The notes below the pieces were generated by a model that was given only the letters and a program-made list of their open reading frames with translations, did no database searches and was not told the DNA's origin. From Macrostomum lignano (taxonomy: Eukaryota): a DNA stretch of 64,000 bases. Positions 49,620 to 60,960 of the stretch are shown here, piece after piece. How positions within the stretch are numbered: position 1 is the stretch's first letter; each line of letters starts with the position of its first letter. The stretch lies in the NCBI GenBank assembly GCA_002269645.1, contig NIVC01000366.1, positions 372,001-436,000 of the forward strand, written 5' to 3'. Both the position numbers and the translations under genes were made by a program.

Positions 49620-52600
49620 ATTACTCTAGTCACTCTATCTGTGTCTATGCATCTATCTGTATACCGATAGGTATGATCTCAAATATAAGTAAGTTGATAA
49701 ACCCATTGATTTCCTTATTACTGCTAGCCATCCCACACACTCGTCACTCGCGCCTCTCCTGTGTCGCAGATCGAAAAAAAGGACCTTGCCTACAAAGGCT
49801 GGAACTGGGGCCAGTTGAACTTTGTTAAAAACGCCATGGAGCTGGAGGTGTCGGGCCACACCGCATTCGAGCTGCCGCTGAACAACGTGGCCAACGTGAG
49901 CACCGGAAAGCAGGAGGTCACGCTGGAGTTCCATCAGAATGACGATGCTGAGGTTTGCGTTTGATTTCTGGGTTTTTGACATTGTGGTTGTTTTTGGGAT
50001 GCTGGTGTTTTTGGTACTCGAGTTTCCTAGTTGGGATCTGGGACTTTCTAATTTGGGATCAGTGAGTTTCTAATTTGGGATCTGTGAATTTCTAATTTGG
50101 GATTTGAGTTTCTTATTTGGGATCCGTGAGTTTCCTAGTTGGGATGCGTGAGTTTCCAAGTTGGGATCTGTGAGTTTCCAAGTTGGGATCTGTGAGTTTC
50201 CAAGTTGGGATCTGTGAGTTTCCAAGTTGGGATCTGTGAGTTTCCAAGTTGGGATCTGTGTGTTTCCAAGTTGGGATGCGTGAGTTTCCAAGTTGGGATC
50301 TGTGAGTTTCCAAGTTGGGATCTGTGAGTTTCCAAGCTGGGATCTGTGAGTTTCCAAGTTGGGATCTGTGAGTTTCCAAGCTGGGATCTGTGAGTTTCCA
50401 AGTTGGGATCTGTGAGTTTCCAAGCTGGGATCTGTGAGTTTCCAAGTTGGGATCTGTGAGTTTCCAAGTTGGGATGCGTGAGTTTCCAAGTTGGGATCTG
50501 TGAGTTTCCAAGTTGGGATCTGTGAGTTTCCAAGTTGGGATCTGTGAGTTTCCAAGTTGGGATGCGTGAGTTTCCAAGTTGGGATCTGTGAGTTTCCAAA
50601 AAAATTGGGATCAGTGGGTTTCTAATTTGGGATCTGTGAGTTTCTAATTTGGGATCTGTGAGTTTCCAATTTGGGATCTGTGAGTTTCTAATTTGGGATC
50701 TGTAGAGTTTCTAATTTGGGATCTGTGATTTTCTAATTTGGGATCTGAGTTTCTAATTTGGGATCCGTGAGTTTCCAAGCTGGGATCCGTGAGTTTCCAA
50801 ATCGGGATCTGTGAGTTTCCAAGTTGGGATCTGTGAGTTTCCAAGCTGGGATCCGTGAGTTTCCAAGTTGTGATCTGTGAAATAGTTTGTGTTTTCAGGC
50901 ACACGTTGTAGGATAGTTCCAATTTCTTCAGGGATAGAGATTGACCCCCAGCCAACCCCTGTCCTCGCTTCCACAGGTGTGCCTAATGGAGATGCGCTTC
51001 CACATTGGCGAGCGCAGCGAACTGCAGTGCGAGGAGGTGGCCAAGCGAGTCATGGACAAGGCGGACATCATCCAGCTCACCGGAGATGCGCTCTGCGAAT
51101 TCAAGGAGCTCTACTGCGTGCAACCGCGCGGCCGTTACGACTTCCGCTTCTATCCAACTTTCCTGCACATGCACGGCAAAACCTTTGATTATAAAATACC
51201 AATCAGCACCATCTATCGGATGTTTGTCCTGCCGCACGCTGACGGCCGGCAGAACTTCCTGGTGCTGGGCCTGGAGCCGCCCATCAAGCACGGCCAGACC
51301 CGCTATCATTTTCTCATACTGCTATTCGATGTTGAAATTGAGACGTCTGTGGAATTGCGCTGCTCCAAGGAGGAACTGCAGGCTAAATATGGTGGCAAAC
51401 TGCAGAAGGAGATGTCTGGTAAAGAGTTTGAAGTGAGTAGCTTTTTGTCCAAGCATGAGGGCCGGTGTACACCCTGTGTGAGCGTACAGTATTAGCGCGC
51501 TTGTATGTGCCTATTGCTCGACAATTATCAGAAATCAATAACTAATTATCAAAAATCGATATCCAATTATTCAATATTTAATTATCATACTTCGGTAACC
51601 AATTTAAAATCGATATCTCATTATCATAAACCTATCCAATTATCAGTAATCGATATTGAACTATCATAGATCGATATCTGGTTATCAGTAATCGATATTG
51701 AATTATCATATATCGATATCTGGTTATCAGTAATCGATATTGAATTATCATAGATCGATATCTGGTTATCAGTAATCGATATTGAATTATCATAGATCGA
51801 TATCTGGTTATCAGTAATCGATATTGAATTATCATAGATCGATATCTGGTTATCAGTAATCGATATTGAATTATCATAGATCGATATCTGGTTATCAGTA
51901 ATCGATATTGAATTATCATAGATCGATATCTGGTTATCAGTAATCGATATTTAATTATCATAGATCGATATCTGGTTATCAGTAATCGATATTTAATTAT
52001 CATAGATCGATATCTGGTTATCAGTAATCGATATTGAATTATCATAGATCGATATCTAATCCTCTGGAGTTGGTAGCTGATTATTTATAGTTTATTAATA
52101 GTTGATTATTTCAATTAGGCATTAAAAGTAATACCAAATTTAGTTAGTACTAATGAGTAGTCAATCATCAATAATTGCCGCAGGTAATCTCCCGCCTATG
52201 CCGCGTGCTAGTCAACCGTAAAATCACCGTGCCCGGCTATTTCCGATCAAAGTCCAACAATCACTACATCAGCTGCGGCTACAAGGCCAACACCGGGTTC
52301 CTCTACCCGCTAGACAGGGGCTTCATCTTCGTGCCCAAGCCTCCGATGCATATCCGCTTTGAGGAGATCTCCTCTGTTCAGTTCAGCCGCGGCACCGCCT
52401 CAGTTCGCAGTTTCGACTTCGAAATCAACACCAAAGCCGGGGTGACTTACACGTTTAATAGCGTTGAGAAAGACGAGTACAGCCATCTGTACAAGTTTGT
52501 GGAGGACAAGCAGCTGCCAGTGAAGAATATGGGCGAAGAGGACACCACTGGCAAGCTGGAGGCCTGGGAGAGCAGCGAGGCTGAGTCGGACGGTGACGAC

Positions 52601-53168
52601 GTGTACATGAAGAGGGTCAAGGCTGAGGGCAAGGTGAGTCTTGTGGGGTGATATTCTTTGAGAGATTTCCCAGATGAGATTTCCCAGATGGAATTTCCCA
52701 GTTAAGATTTCCCAGATGAGATTTCCCAGACGAGATTTCCCAGATGAGATTTCTCAGATAAGATTTCTCAGATGAGATTTCCCAAACGAGATTTCCCAGA
52801 TGAGATTTCCCAGATGGAATTTCCCAGAAAAGATTTCCCAGACGAGATTTCCCAGACGAGATTTCCCAGATGAGATTTCCCAGACGAGATTTCCCAGATG
52901 AGATTTTCCAGATGAGATTTCCCAGATGAGATTTCCCAGATGAGATTTCCCAGACGAGATTTCCCAGATGAGATTTCCCAGACGAGATTTCCCAGATGAG
53001 ATTTCCCAGATGAGATTTCTCAGGTGAGATTCAGGATGAGATTATCATTTGTCACGTGAGATTTAGGGTAAGATTTTCTAGGATGAGATATCTCAAGATA
53101 GCATCGGCAGTGTCTCATATCCCATCCGATCCCCGCCCAGGAGCGCACAGCCGGCTCTGCCAACACCT

Positions 53169-53200
<32 letters not shown>

Positions 53201-54153
53201 GGCGGTGGCGGCGGCGGCGGCGGCGAATCAGATGACGACTCGAGGACGAAGACTTTTTACCGCCAGAGGCTTCCGGCTCGGAAGTGGAAGAAGAATACGA
53301 CACCGACGCCGATCCCTCGGAGTTCTCTTCCGACACCGACTACAGCGACGAGGAGGCGCGCAAGAAAAAGAAGCGTCGCCTAGCGAAGACAGTGCCGGAG
53401 GAGGGCTTCGGCGACTATACGGAGCAGAAGAAGAAGAAAGCCAAGCAAAAGGAGGCGGCCGCCAGCAAGACGAAGGTGTCGCGTAAGGATCGCAACGCAC
53501 CGAAACGGCCCGCGTCGGCCTATTTCCTGTTCCTTGAAGACGAACGACCGAAGATCAAAGCCGATCAGCCGGATCTGCGAGTGACAGAAATCGGCCGCGT
53601 GGCCGGCGAGAGGTGGGCGAAATTGGACGAGACTAAAAAGAAGGCCTACCAGGAGAAGGCGGAAGAGTTGAAAAGCAAATACCAGGCCGAGCTTGCCGAG
53701 TACCAGGCCAAGCTGGAGCGGGGCGAAGTGAAGCCCGACATTCAGGAGAAACGGAAGTCCGCCGGCGGTGGCGGAGGCGGCGGTGGAGGCGGCGGCGGAG
53801 GCGGCGGCGGCGGCGAGAAGTCCGGAGCGTCGGCGTCAGCGGCCGGCTCCGGCGCCAACTACAAATCTGCCGAATTCATCAACGACAGCGACGTGTCCTC
53901 CGTGTCCTCCTCTAGCGACGATGGCGATGACGCCGAAGTCTCCAAAGATGAGGAGGAAGAGGACGAGAAGAAATCGACAAAACAGAAGAAGCAGACAAAA
54001 GAAGATGACGCCGCTAGCAGCAAAAAAAAGAAGACTTCTGATAAGAAATCGAAGCCGGAACAGAAAAAGAAGGACAAGAAAAAGAAGAAAGAATCGAGCA
54101 GTAGCGAAGAAGAGGAGGAGGAGGAGAGCGACCTGAGCAGCGATTCCGAATAA
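49033..54153 (+). CDS. SSRP1: FACT complex subunit SSRP1, 5 exons (apparent 1-nt frameshift near 53241)
   Basis: Exons 49033-49347, 49770-49952, 50977-51432, 52184-52633, 53141-54153; all introns GT-AG, phase 0. Motifs: KGWNWG, FHQNDDAEVCLMEMRFH, VQPRGRYD...GKTFDYKIP, LEPPIKHGQTRYHFL, SCGYKANTGFLYPLDRGFIFVPKPP, HMG box APKRPASAYFLF, C-terminal YKSAEFINDSD. About 805 aa if one base is restored at ~53241. Confidence 0.96.
49356..49618. repeat. (CTGT)n microsatellite, SSRP1 intron 1
   Basis: Starts 8 nt after the donor. Confidence 0.95.
50022..50880. repeat. 22-bp minisatellite GGGATCTGTGAGTTTCCAAGTT, SSRP1 intron 2
   Basis: About 39 units. Confidence 0.95.
51640..52056. repeat. 42-bp minisatellite ATCGATATTGAATTATCATAGATCGATATCTGGTTATCAGTA, SSRP1 intron 3
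   Basis: About 10 near-identical units. Confidence 0.95.
52660..53030. repeat. 14-bp minisatellite GAGATTTCCCAGAT, SSRP1 intron 4
   Basis: About 26 units. Confidence 0.95.
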
Positions 54154-54277
54154 TAATCGCACTATGCGTTCTTTACTACTGATTGTAATATGCAATTGAC
54201 TACTGATAAAATGTCGACGTTACGCTGTGCATCTCGGTGACTGAAATAATTTCTTACGTTCTAAATTCTTTATTCTA

Positions 54278-56090
54278 TGGGTGAGATATTGGGAATGAGA
54301 TATTCTAGTTATGAGACCTCAGGGATGAGATATTCTATGGGTGAGATCCTAGGGATGAGATATTCTAGGGGTGAGATCCTAGGGATGAGATATTCTATAG
54401 GTGAGATCCTAGGGATGAGATATTCTAGGGGTGACATATTCTACGGAAGAGATATTCTAGGGGTGAGATATTCTAGGGGTGAGATATTCTAGGAGTGAGA
54501 TATTCTATGGGTAAGATACTCTATGGTGAGATCTTAGAGGTGAGATCCTAGGGGTGAAATATTCTATGGGTGAGATCCTAGGGATGAGATATTATATGGA
54601 TGAGATCCTAGGGAGGAGATATTCTAGGGGTGAAATATTCTACGGAAGAGATATTCTAGGGGTGGGATATTCTAGGGGTGAGATATTCTAGGAGTGAGAT
54701 ATTCTAGGGTCGAGATATTCTAGGGGTGAGATATTCTAGGGGTAAGATACTCTATGGTGAGATCTTAGAGATGAGATATTCTAGGGGTGAGATCCTAGGG
54801 GTGAAATATTCTATGGGTGAGATCCTAGGGATGAGATATTATATGGGTGAGATCCTAGGGCTGAGATATTATATGGGTGAGATCGTAAGGATGAGATATT
54901 CTAGGGGTGAGATATTCTACGAGAGATATTCTAGGGGTAAGATACTCTATGGTGAGATCCTATAGATTAGATATTCTAGGGGTGAGATCCTAGGGATGAG
55001 ATATTCTAGGGGTGATATATTCTACGAGAGATATTCTAGGGGTAAGATACTCTATGGTGAGATCCTATAGATTAGATATTCTAGGGGTGAGATCCTAGGG
55101 ATGAGATATTCTAGGGGTGAGATATTCTACGAGAGATATTCTAGGGGTAAGATACTCTATGGTGAGATCCTATAGATTAGATATTCTAGGGGTGCGATCC
55201 TAGGGATGAGATATTCTAGGGGTGAGATATTCTACGAGAGATATTCTAGGGGTAAGATACTCTATGGTGAGATCCTATAGATTAGATATTCTAGGGGTGA
55301 GATCTTAGGGATGAGATATTCTAGGGGTGAGATATTCTACGAGAGATATTCTAGGGGTAAGATACTCTATGGTGAGATCCTATAGATTAGATATTCTAGG
55401 GGTGAGATCCTAGGGATGAGATATTCTAGGGGTGAGATATTCTACGAGAGATATTCTAGGGGTAAGATACTCTATGGTGAGATCCTATAGATTAGATATT
55501 CTAAGGGTGAGATATTCTACGAGAGATATTCTAGGGGTAAGATACTCTATGGTGAGATCCTATAGATTAGATATTCTAGGGGTGATATATTCTACGAGAG
55601 ATATTCTAGGGGTAAGATACTCTATGGTGAGATCCTATAGATTAGATATTCTAGGGGTGAGATCCTAGGGATGAGATATTCTAGGGGTGAGATATTCTAC
55701 GAGAGATATTCTAGGGGTAAGATACTCTATGGTGAGATCCTATAGATTAGATATTCTAGGGGTGAGATCCTAGGGATGAGATATTCTAGGGGTGAGATAT
55801 TCTACGAGAGATATTCTAGGGGTAAGATACTCTATGGTGAGATTCTATAGATTAGATATTCTAGGGGTGAGATCCTAGGGATGAGATATTCTAGGGGTGA
55901 GATATTCTACGAGAGATATTCTAGGGGTAAGATACTCTATGGTGAGATCCTATAGATTAGATATTCTAGGGGTGAGATCCTAGGATGAGATATTCTAGGG
56001 GTGAGATATTCTACGAGAGATATTCTAGGGGTAAGATACTCTATGGTGAGATCCTATAGATTAGATATTCTAGGGGTGAGATCTTAAGGA
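54278..56090. repeat. 15/16-bp GAGATATTCTAGGGGT array organised as a 105-bp higher-order repeat, 3' of SSRP1
   Basis: Marker GATCCTATAGATTAG at 54956, 55061, 55166 and onward. Confidence 0.95.
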
Positions 56091-56602
56091 TGTGAATATG
56101 GGAATTTTAATGATGAAGTGTTTGCTATGCGATTGTAACTGTAGGATTTCAGAGACTTTCCTATGTCTCGTATTTAGGTTTTTGAGAGTTTCGCTGGGCT
56201 AGATCAATGTCTCAGTAGGCGGGCTTGGAGATGAGACTAAGAATAGTTAGACATTTTATGCTCCCAGACTCCTAAGGTATGATCAAACACATACTTGCAT
56301 TGTATTTTGTTATAATTTTCTTTCATTCTTATGCGCCTGTTACAATGGTTAATAAATAATAGTGGTGTAGTTTATCGTCTGGGAATTACCGTTGCCACTG
56401 GTCTCTTTAAAATATCCACTTAAGCAAACCAATATACAAATAATCAAATTATGCTATTCTTTTTTCATCAATCGCTGTTCATTGCCGAATTACAATATGT
56501 AGCATTTAAATTTGCATCGGCATTTTATCAAACTTTTGTTGCGACTGTTCAAAGATGGGCGCTTGGTTTTTGTTATTTCTCGATATATGTGGTCTTGCAG
56601 CC

Positions 56603-56726
56603 TGTCTGCCTGTCTGTCTGTCTGCCTGTCTGTCTGTCTGCCTATCTGTCTGTCTGTCTGCCTGTCTGTCTATCTGTCTGTCTGCCTGTCTGTCTGTCTG
56701 TCTGTCTGTCTGTCTTAGTGTCTGTG

Positions 56727-56763
<37 letters not shown>

Positions 56764-56766
56764 TAG

Positions 56767-56811
<45 letters not shown>

Positions 56812-57939
56812 GCCTGTCTGTCCGTCTGTCTTTCTCTGTCTGTCCTTCTGCCTGTCTGTCTGTCTGTCTGTCTGTCTTTCTGTATGTATGTCTGTCTGTC
56901 TGTCTGTCTGTCTTTCTGTATGTATGTCTGTCTGCCTGCCTGTCTGTCTGTCTGTCTGTCTGTCTGTCTGACCATTTATCTGAAATTCATGCGTCCACCG
57001 ACAATGAACTACTGCGGCCCTTCAACTTGAATTAAAACAGCCGCCGATCTTGCACGCACAGGTCACCTTGGCGTTGCATAGAAAACTAACTTGAATCAAT
57101 CTTTATAGAATTAGCTACAGTATTTTACATTTCGGAAATCGTAACAGTTAAGCGTATCCAGGATGCCCTTCATTTCGACCCTCGGTCGTTCTGCTTTTGG
57201 TTTCCAGTCCAGTGAACTTGACCGCGGCGTCACCGTACACGGGTCCGTATCCGATATCTGAACCAATGACAGGCGTGCTGTACGGATTATTTTTGTACGC
57301 CATTTTGGCAAGAAAAAAATGTTGCTTTAAAATTGCGCTATTCTGTTCTTCGGTGCAAAAATAATCCCCCCGATCGCAAAGAGTTGCAACTTCTTATTTT
57401 CAAGAGCGGTGAGTTCAGTTTTCTATGGATCTGTAAAAGACTTGACTGATTGGGCCGGGCTGAGTCCACTTGATCTCGATGGTCTTGGAGAATGAGCTAA
57501 GTTCTACTCACCTTTCTTGTGCTTCAGTGATCATATACTCATTATTCGAGTGTGCCTTGGTGTATGAAGTCTTGTACTACTGTCTTGTTTTCGTTCTTAG
57601 TTAATGTCTGCTTATGTGCCTTAATGCCCGTCTGCATGTCTGTCTGACTCTGTCTGTCTGTCTGTCTGTCTGTCTTTCTGTCAAGGACAACTTAAGTAGA
57701 TATGCTACTTGAGTAGTCCTTGCTTTCTGTCTGTCTGTCTATCTGTGTTAGTGTCTGTCTCTGTCTGTCTGTCTGTTTTAGTGTCTGTCTGTCTGTCTGT
57801 GTTTTAGTGTCTGTCTGTGTGTCTGTTTGTCTGTTTTAGTGTCTGTCTGTGTGTCTGTTTTAGTGTCTGTCTGTCTGTTTTAGTTTCTGTCTGTTTGTCT
57901 ATCTGTCTGTCTGTCTGTCTGTCTGTTTTAGTGTCAGAG

Positions 57940-57970
<31 letters not shown>

Positions 57971-58067
57971 TTTAGTGTCTGTCTGTCTGTGTGTCTGTCT
58001 GTCTGTTTTAGTGTCTGTCTGTCTGTTTTAGTGTCTGTCTGTCTGTCTGTCTGTTTTAGTGTCAGAG

Positions 58068-58106
<39 letters not shown>

Positions 58107-58219
58107 TTTAGTGTCTGTCTGTCTGTCTTAGTGTCTGTCTGTTTGTCTATCTGTCTGTCTGTCTGTCTGTCTGTTTTAGTGTCAGAGTGTCTGTCTGTCT
58201 GTCTTAGTGTCTGTCTTAG

Positions 58220-58272
<53 letters not shown>

Positions 58273-58285
58273 TAGTATCTGTCTC
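56603..58285. repeat. Two (CTGT)n-rich arrays (~56603-56970 and ~57640-58285)
   Basis: Imperfect tetranucleotide arrays with TTTTAGTG interruptions. Confidence 0.92.
57148..57303 (-). CDS. Candidate small ORF, 51 aa, unknown function
   Basis: aaaATGG context; MAYKNNPYSTPVIGSDIGYGPVYGDAAVKFTGLETKSRTTEGRNEGHPGYA*; non-repetitive and GC-richer than its flanks; below the ORF-track length cut-off. No recognised homology. Confidence 0.35.
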   Translation of the reverse strand: MAYKNNPYSTPVIGSDIGYGPVYGDAAVKFTGLETKSRTTEGRNEGHPGYA

Positions 58286-58617
58286 TCTCTCTCCGTCTGT
58301 TAAGCCCTATTATCTATTCGGTAATTCCTCTCCGCTAAATCCTTCTCTTTGATGTGCATTTCTGTCGCACCTTTAATTAGGATTTTAAGCTTGCTTTATT
58401 AATAATCCGAACACTAATTTTTTCTTTCCTTCGTACGGTTCACTGCAAGCACCGCAGAACGTGAAAAAAAGAGAATTTATGCATGCCGCAGCCTATTAAA
58501 TGAAGACACAGAATCTTCCTGCAAAAATGTAGTCGGAGGCGTTACCACAGTGCTACTCGAAACCTCAAATAAAATGTAGGTATTAACTTAACATGAACAT
58601 CCGCCAGGAGCATCATT

Positions 58618-59561
58618 ATGGCGACCACCCAATCAGTTCAATGCGCGCCTCGAAAAGTGCTGATTGGAGTTGACAGAAGTGAGCACAGCGAACGCGCGCT
58701 GAGATTTTATGCGCGACACTTGCGCAGGCCGACGGACCGGCTGGTGTTCGTGAATATCAGCGAGCCGCCTGAGATGGCGATCGGACCTGCGACTCTGGAG
58801 GGGAACAAGGTGAGGCTGGAGAGATGAACAGACTCCCACTCTGCATTAACTAATAATTATTATGGATTGCTAATCTAGTCAACATCAATAAACTATACTG
58901 GATTGCTAATCTAGCCAACATCAATAAACTATAATGGATTGCTAATCTAGTCAACATCGATAAACTATACTGGATTGCTAATCTAGCCAACATCGATAAA
59001 CTATAATGGATTGCTAATCTAATCAACATCGATAAACTATAATGGATTGCTAATCTAGTCAACATCGATAAACTATAATGGATTGCTAATCTAGTCAACA
59101 TCGATAAACTATAATGGATTGCTAATCTAGTCAACATCGATAAACTATAATGGATTGCTAATCCACAGGACTACTGCCGGTCCCTGGATTTCACTCTCTA
59201 CGAGGCCAAACGCCTGGCAGATGACGTTCGTCAGCTCTGTCGAGACCTGGGCATTCTCGATGACGCACACGACTCTCACGACGTGGTCGGTGGGGTCCGT
59301 TTCCTGGAAAGGGTCGGACACGAGGGACCGGGCCAGGCCATAGTTGAGACGGCTCGTAGCGAGGCCGTCCAGTTGATCGTGCTGGGCGCCAGAGGACTCG
59401 GCGCACTCAAGCGAGCCCTGCTGGGGTCAGTCAGCGACTTTGTGCTGCACCATGCGCACCTGCCTGTGGTGGTGGTGCCGCCTGCGGCTCCGCAGCCGGA
59501 CATCCCGGCGACTGCCGGGTCAGCAGCCGCGGCTGCCAAGCTGGCGGAATATTCAAACTGA
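58618..59561 (+). CDS. Universal stress protein (UspA-family) domain protein, 2 exons
   Basis: Exons 58618-58809 and 59169-59561 (aag|gtgagg ... ccacag|gac, phase 0), 194 aa. N-terminal RKVLIGVDRSEHSERAL and C-terminal LIVLGARGLGALKRALLGSVSDFVLHHAHLPVVVV carry the G-2x-G-9x-GS ATP-binding USP motif. Confidence 0.92.
58862..59163. repeat. 36-bp minisatellite TGGATTGCTAATCTAGTCAACATCGATAAACTATAA filling the USP intron
   Basis: About 8.4 units ending 5 nt before the exon. Confidence 0.95.
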
Positions 59562-59639
59562 TTGGAGTCATGATTCAGCAGTGCATTTGGACACTGCGTT
59601 TGACATGCGTTTCATGTGTTTGTTATGCGTTTGGTGTGT

Positions 59640-59885
59640 TTGAAGTGATTTTCATGTTTATGATGTTATTTTCATGTGTATGAAGTGATTTTCATGTGTT
59701 TGTGTGATTTTCATGTGTATGAAGTGATTTTCATGTGTATGAAGTGATTTTGATGTGTGTGATGTGACTTTCATGTGTTTGATGTTATTTTCATGTGTTT
59801 CATGTTATTTCATGTGTTTCATGTGATTTTCATGTGTATGAAATGATTTTCATGTGTTTGATGTGATTTTCATGTGATTGATGTT
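59640..59885. repeat. 20-bp GATTTTCATGTGTATGAAGT array downstream of the USP stop
   Basis: About 12 degenerate units. Confidence 0.85.
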
Positions 59886-60395
59886 TTTTTGTGATTGATG
59901 TGATTCTAAGAAGTTTTTTAAAGCGTTTAAAGCTTTACTTAAAGTATTTTAACGGGCTTTTAATATTTCTTCATGTATTTTTAATGTATCTGCCCCCGTT
60001 AGTTAGCCTCAGCCGTTACAAGGACCAGAGTCTTCACTTGAAAATCCAATTTTCTCATACCTTAAGCCATGTCCAATAGAAGGCTTGGCAATCTGCACTG
60101 TTAGTCAGCTGTTGCCTCTGTCTATATTAACTCGTATTTTTGTTATCACTCTTCTTGATTCTAAAAATAGCTCTCGCAGTTTCCAGCTGTTGACAGAACC
60201 AGTCAGGCAGTCAGTCCAATGATTGATGGCTTCTCTGTTGCTTGCAATCGTTTTCACTTTTAGTGAACTGACTAACAGCTGCAAGAGAGTCGATTTTAAT
60301 GTTACGAGCTACTTTAATACTGTTTTTAGTAGAGTGTATCACATTTTAACATATTTATCTATCCAATTTTTTTCTGAATGAAGCAACCTAACAAA

Positions 60396-60960
60396 GAGCT
60401 ACTAGGGGATCACTTGCCCTCCCTGGAGTCTCCAGACTGGCAATGAGCTACTAGGGGATCACTTGCCCTCCCTGGAGTCTCCAGACTGGCAATGAGCTAC
60501 TAGGGGGTCACTTACCCTCCCCCTAAGTCCTCAGACTAACAATGAGCTACTAGGGGGGGGGTCATTTGCCCTCCCTGAAGTCCCAAAACTAGCAATGAGC
60601 TACTAGGGGGTCACTTGCCCTCCCTGAAGTCTCCAGACTAACAATGAGCTACTAGGGGGTCACTTACCCTCCCTGAAGTCTCCAGACTAACAATGAGCTA
60701 CTAGGAGGGTCACTTACCTTCCCTGAAGTCCCCAGACTAACAATGAGCTACTAGGAGGATCACTTACCCTCCCTGAAGTCTTCAGACTAACAATGAGCTT
60801 CTAGGGTAGTCACTTGCCCTCCCCTCCCTTAAGTCTCGAGAATAGCAATGAGCTACTATAAAGAGGTCACTTGCTCTACCCAAGTATCCCTGTCTAACCG
60901 TAAGCTACTAGAGCTGGAGGTCACTTGCCCTCTCCTCCGACAAAGCTTTCGCTAGAAGGG
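60396..60960. repeat. ~49-bp minisatellite GAGCTACTAGGGGATCACTTGCCCTCCCTGGAGTCTCCAGACTGGCAAT
   Basis: About 10 progressively diverging units. Confidence 0.88.
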
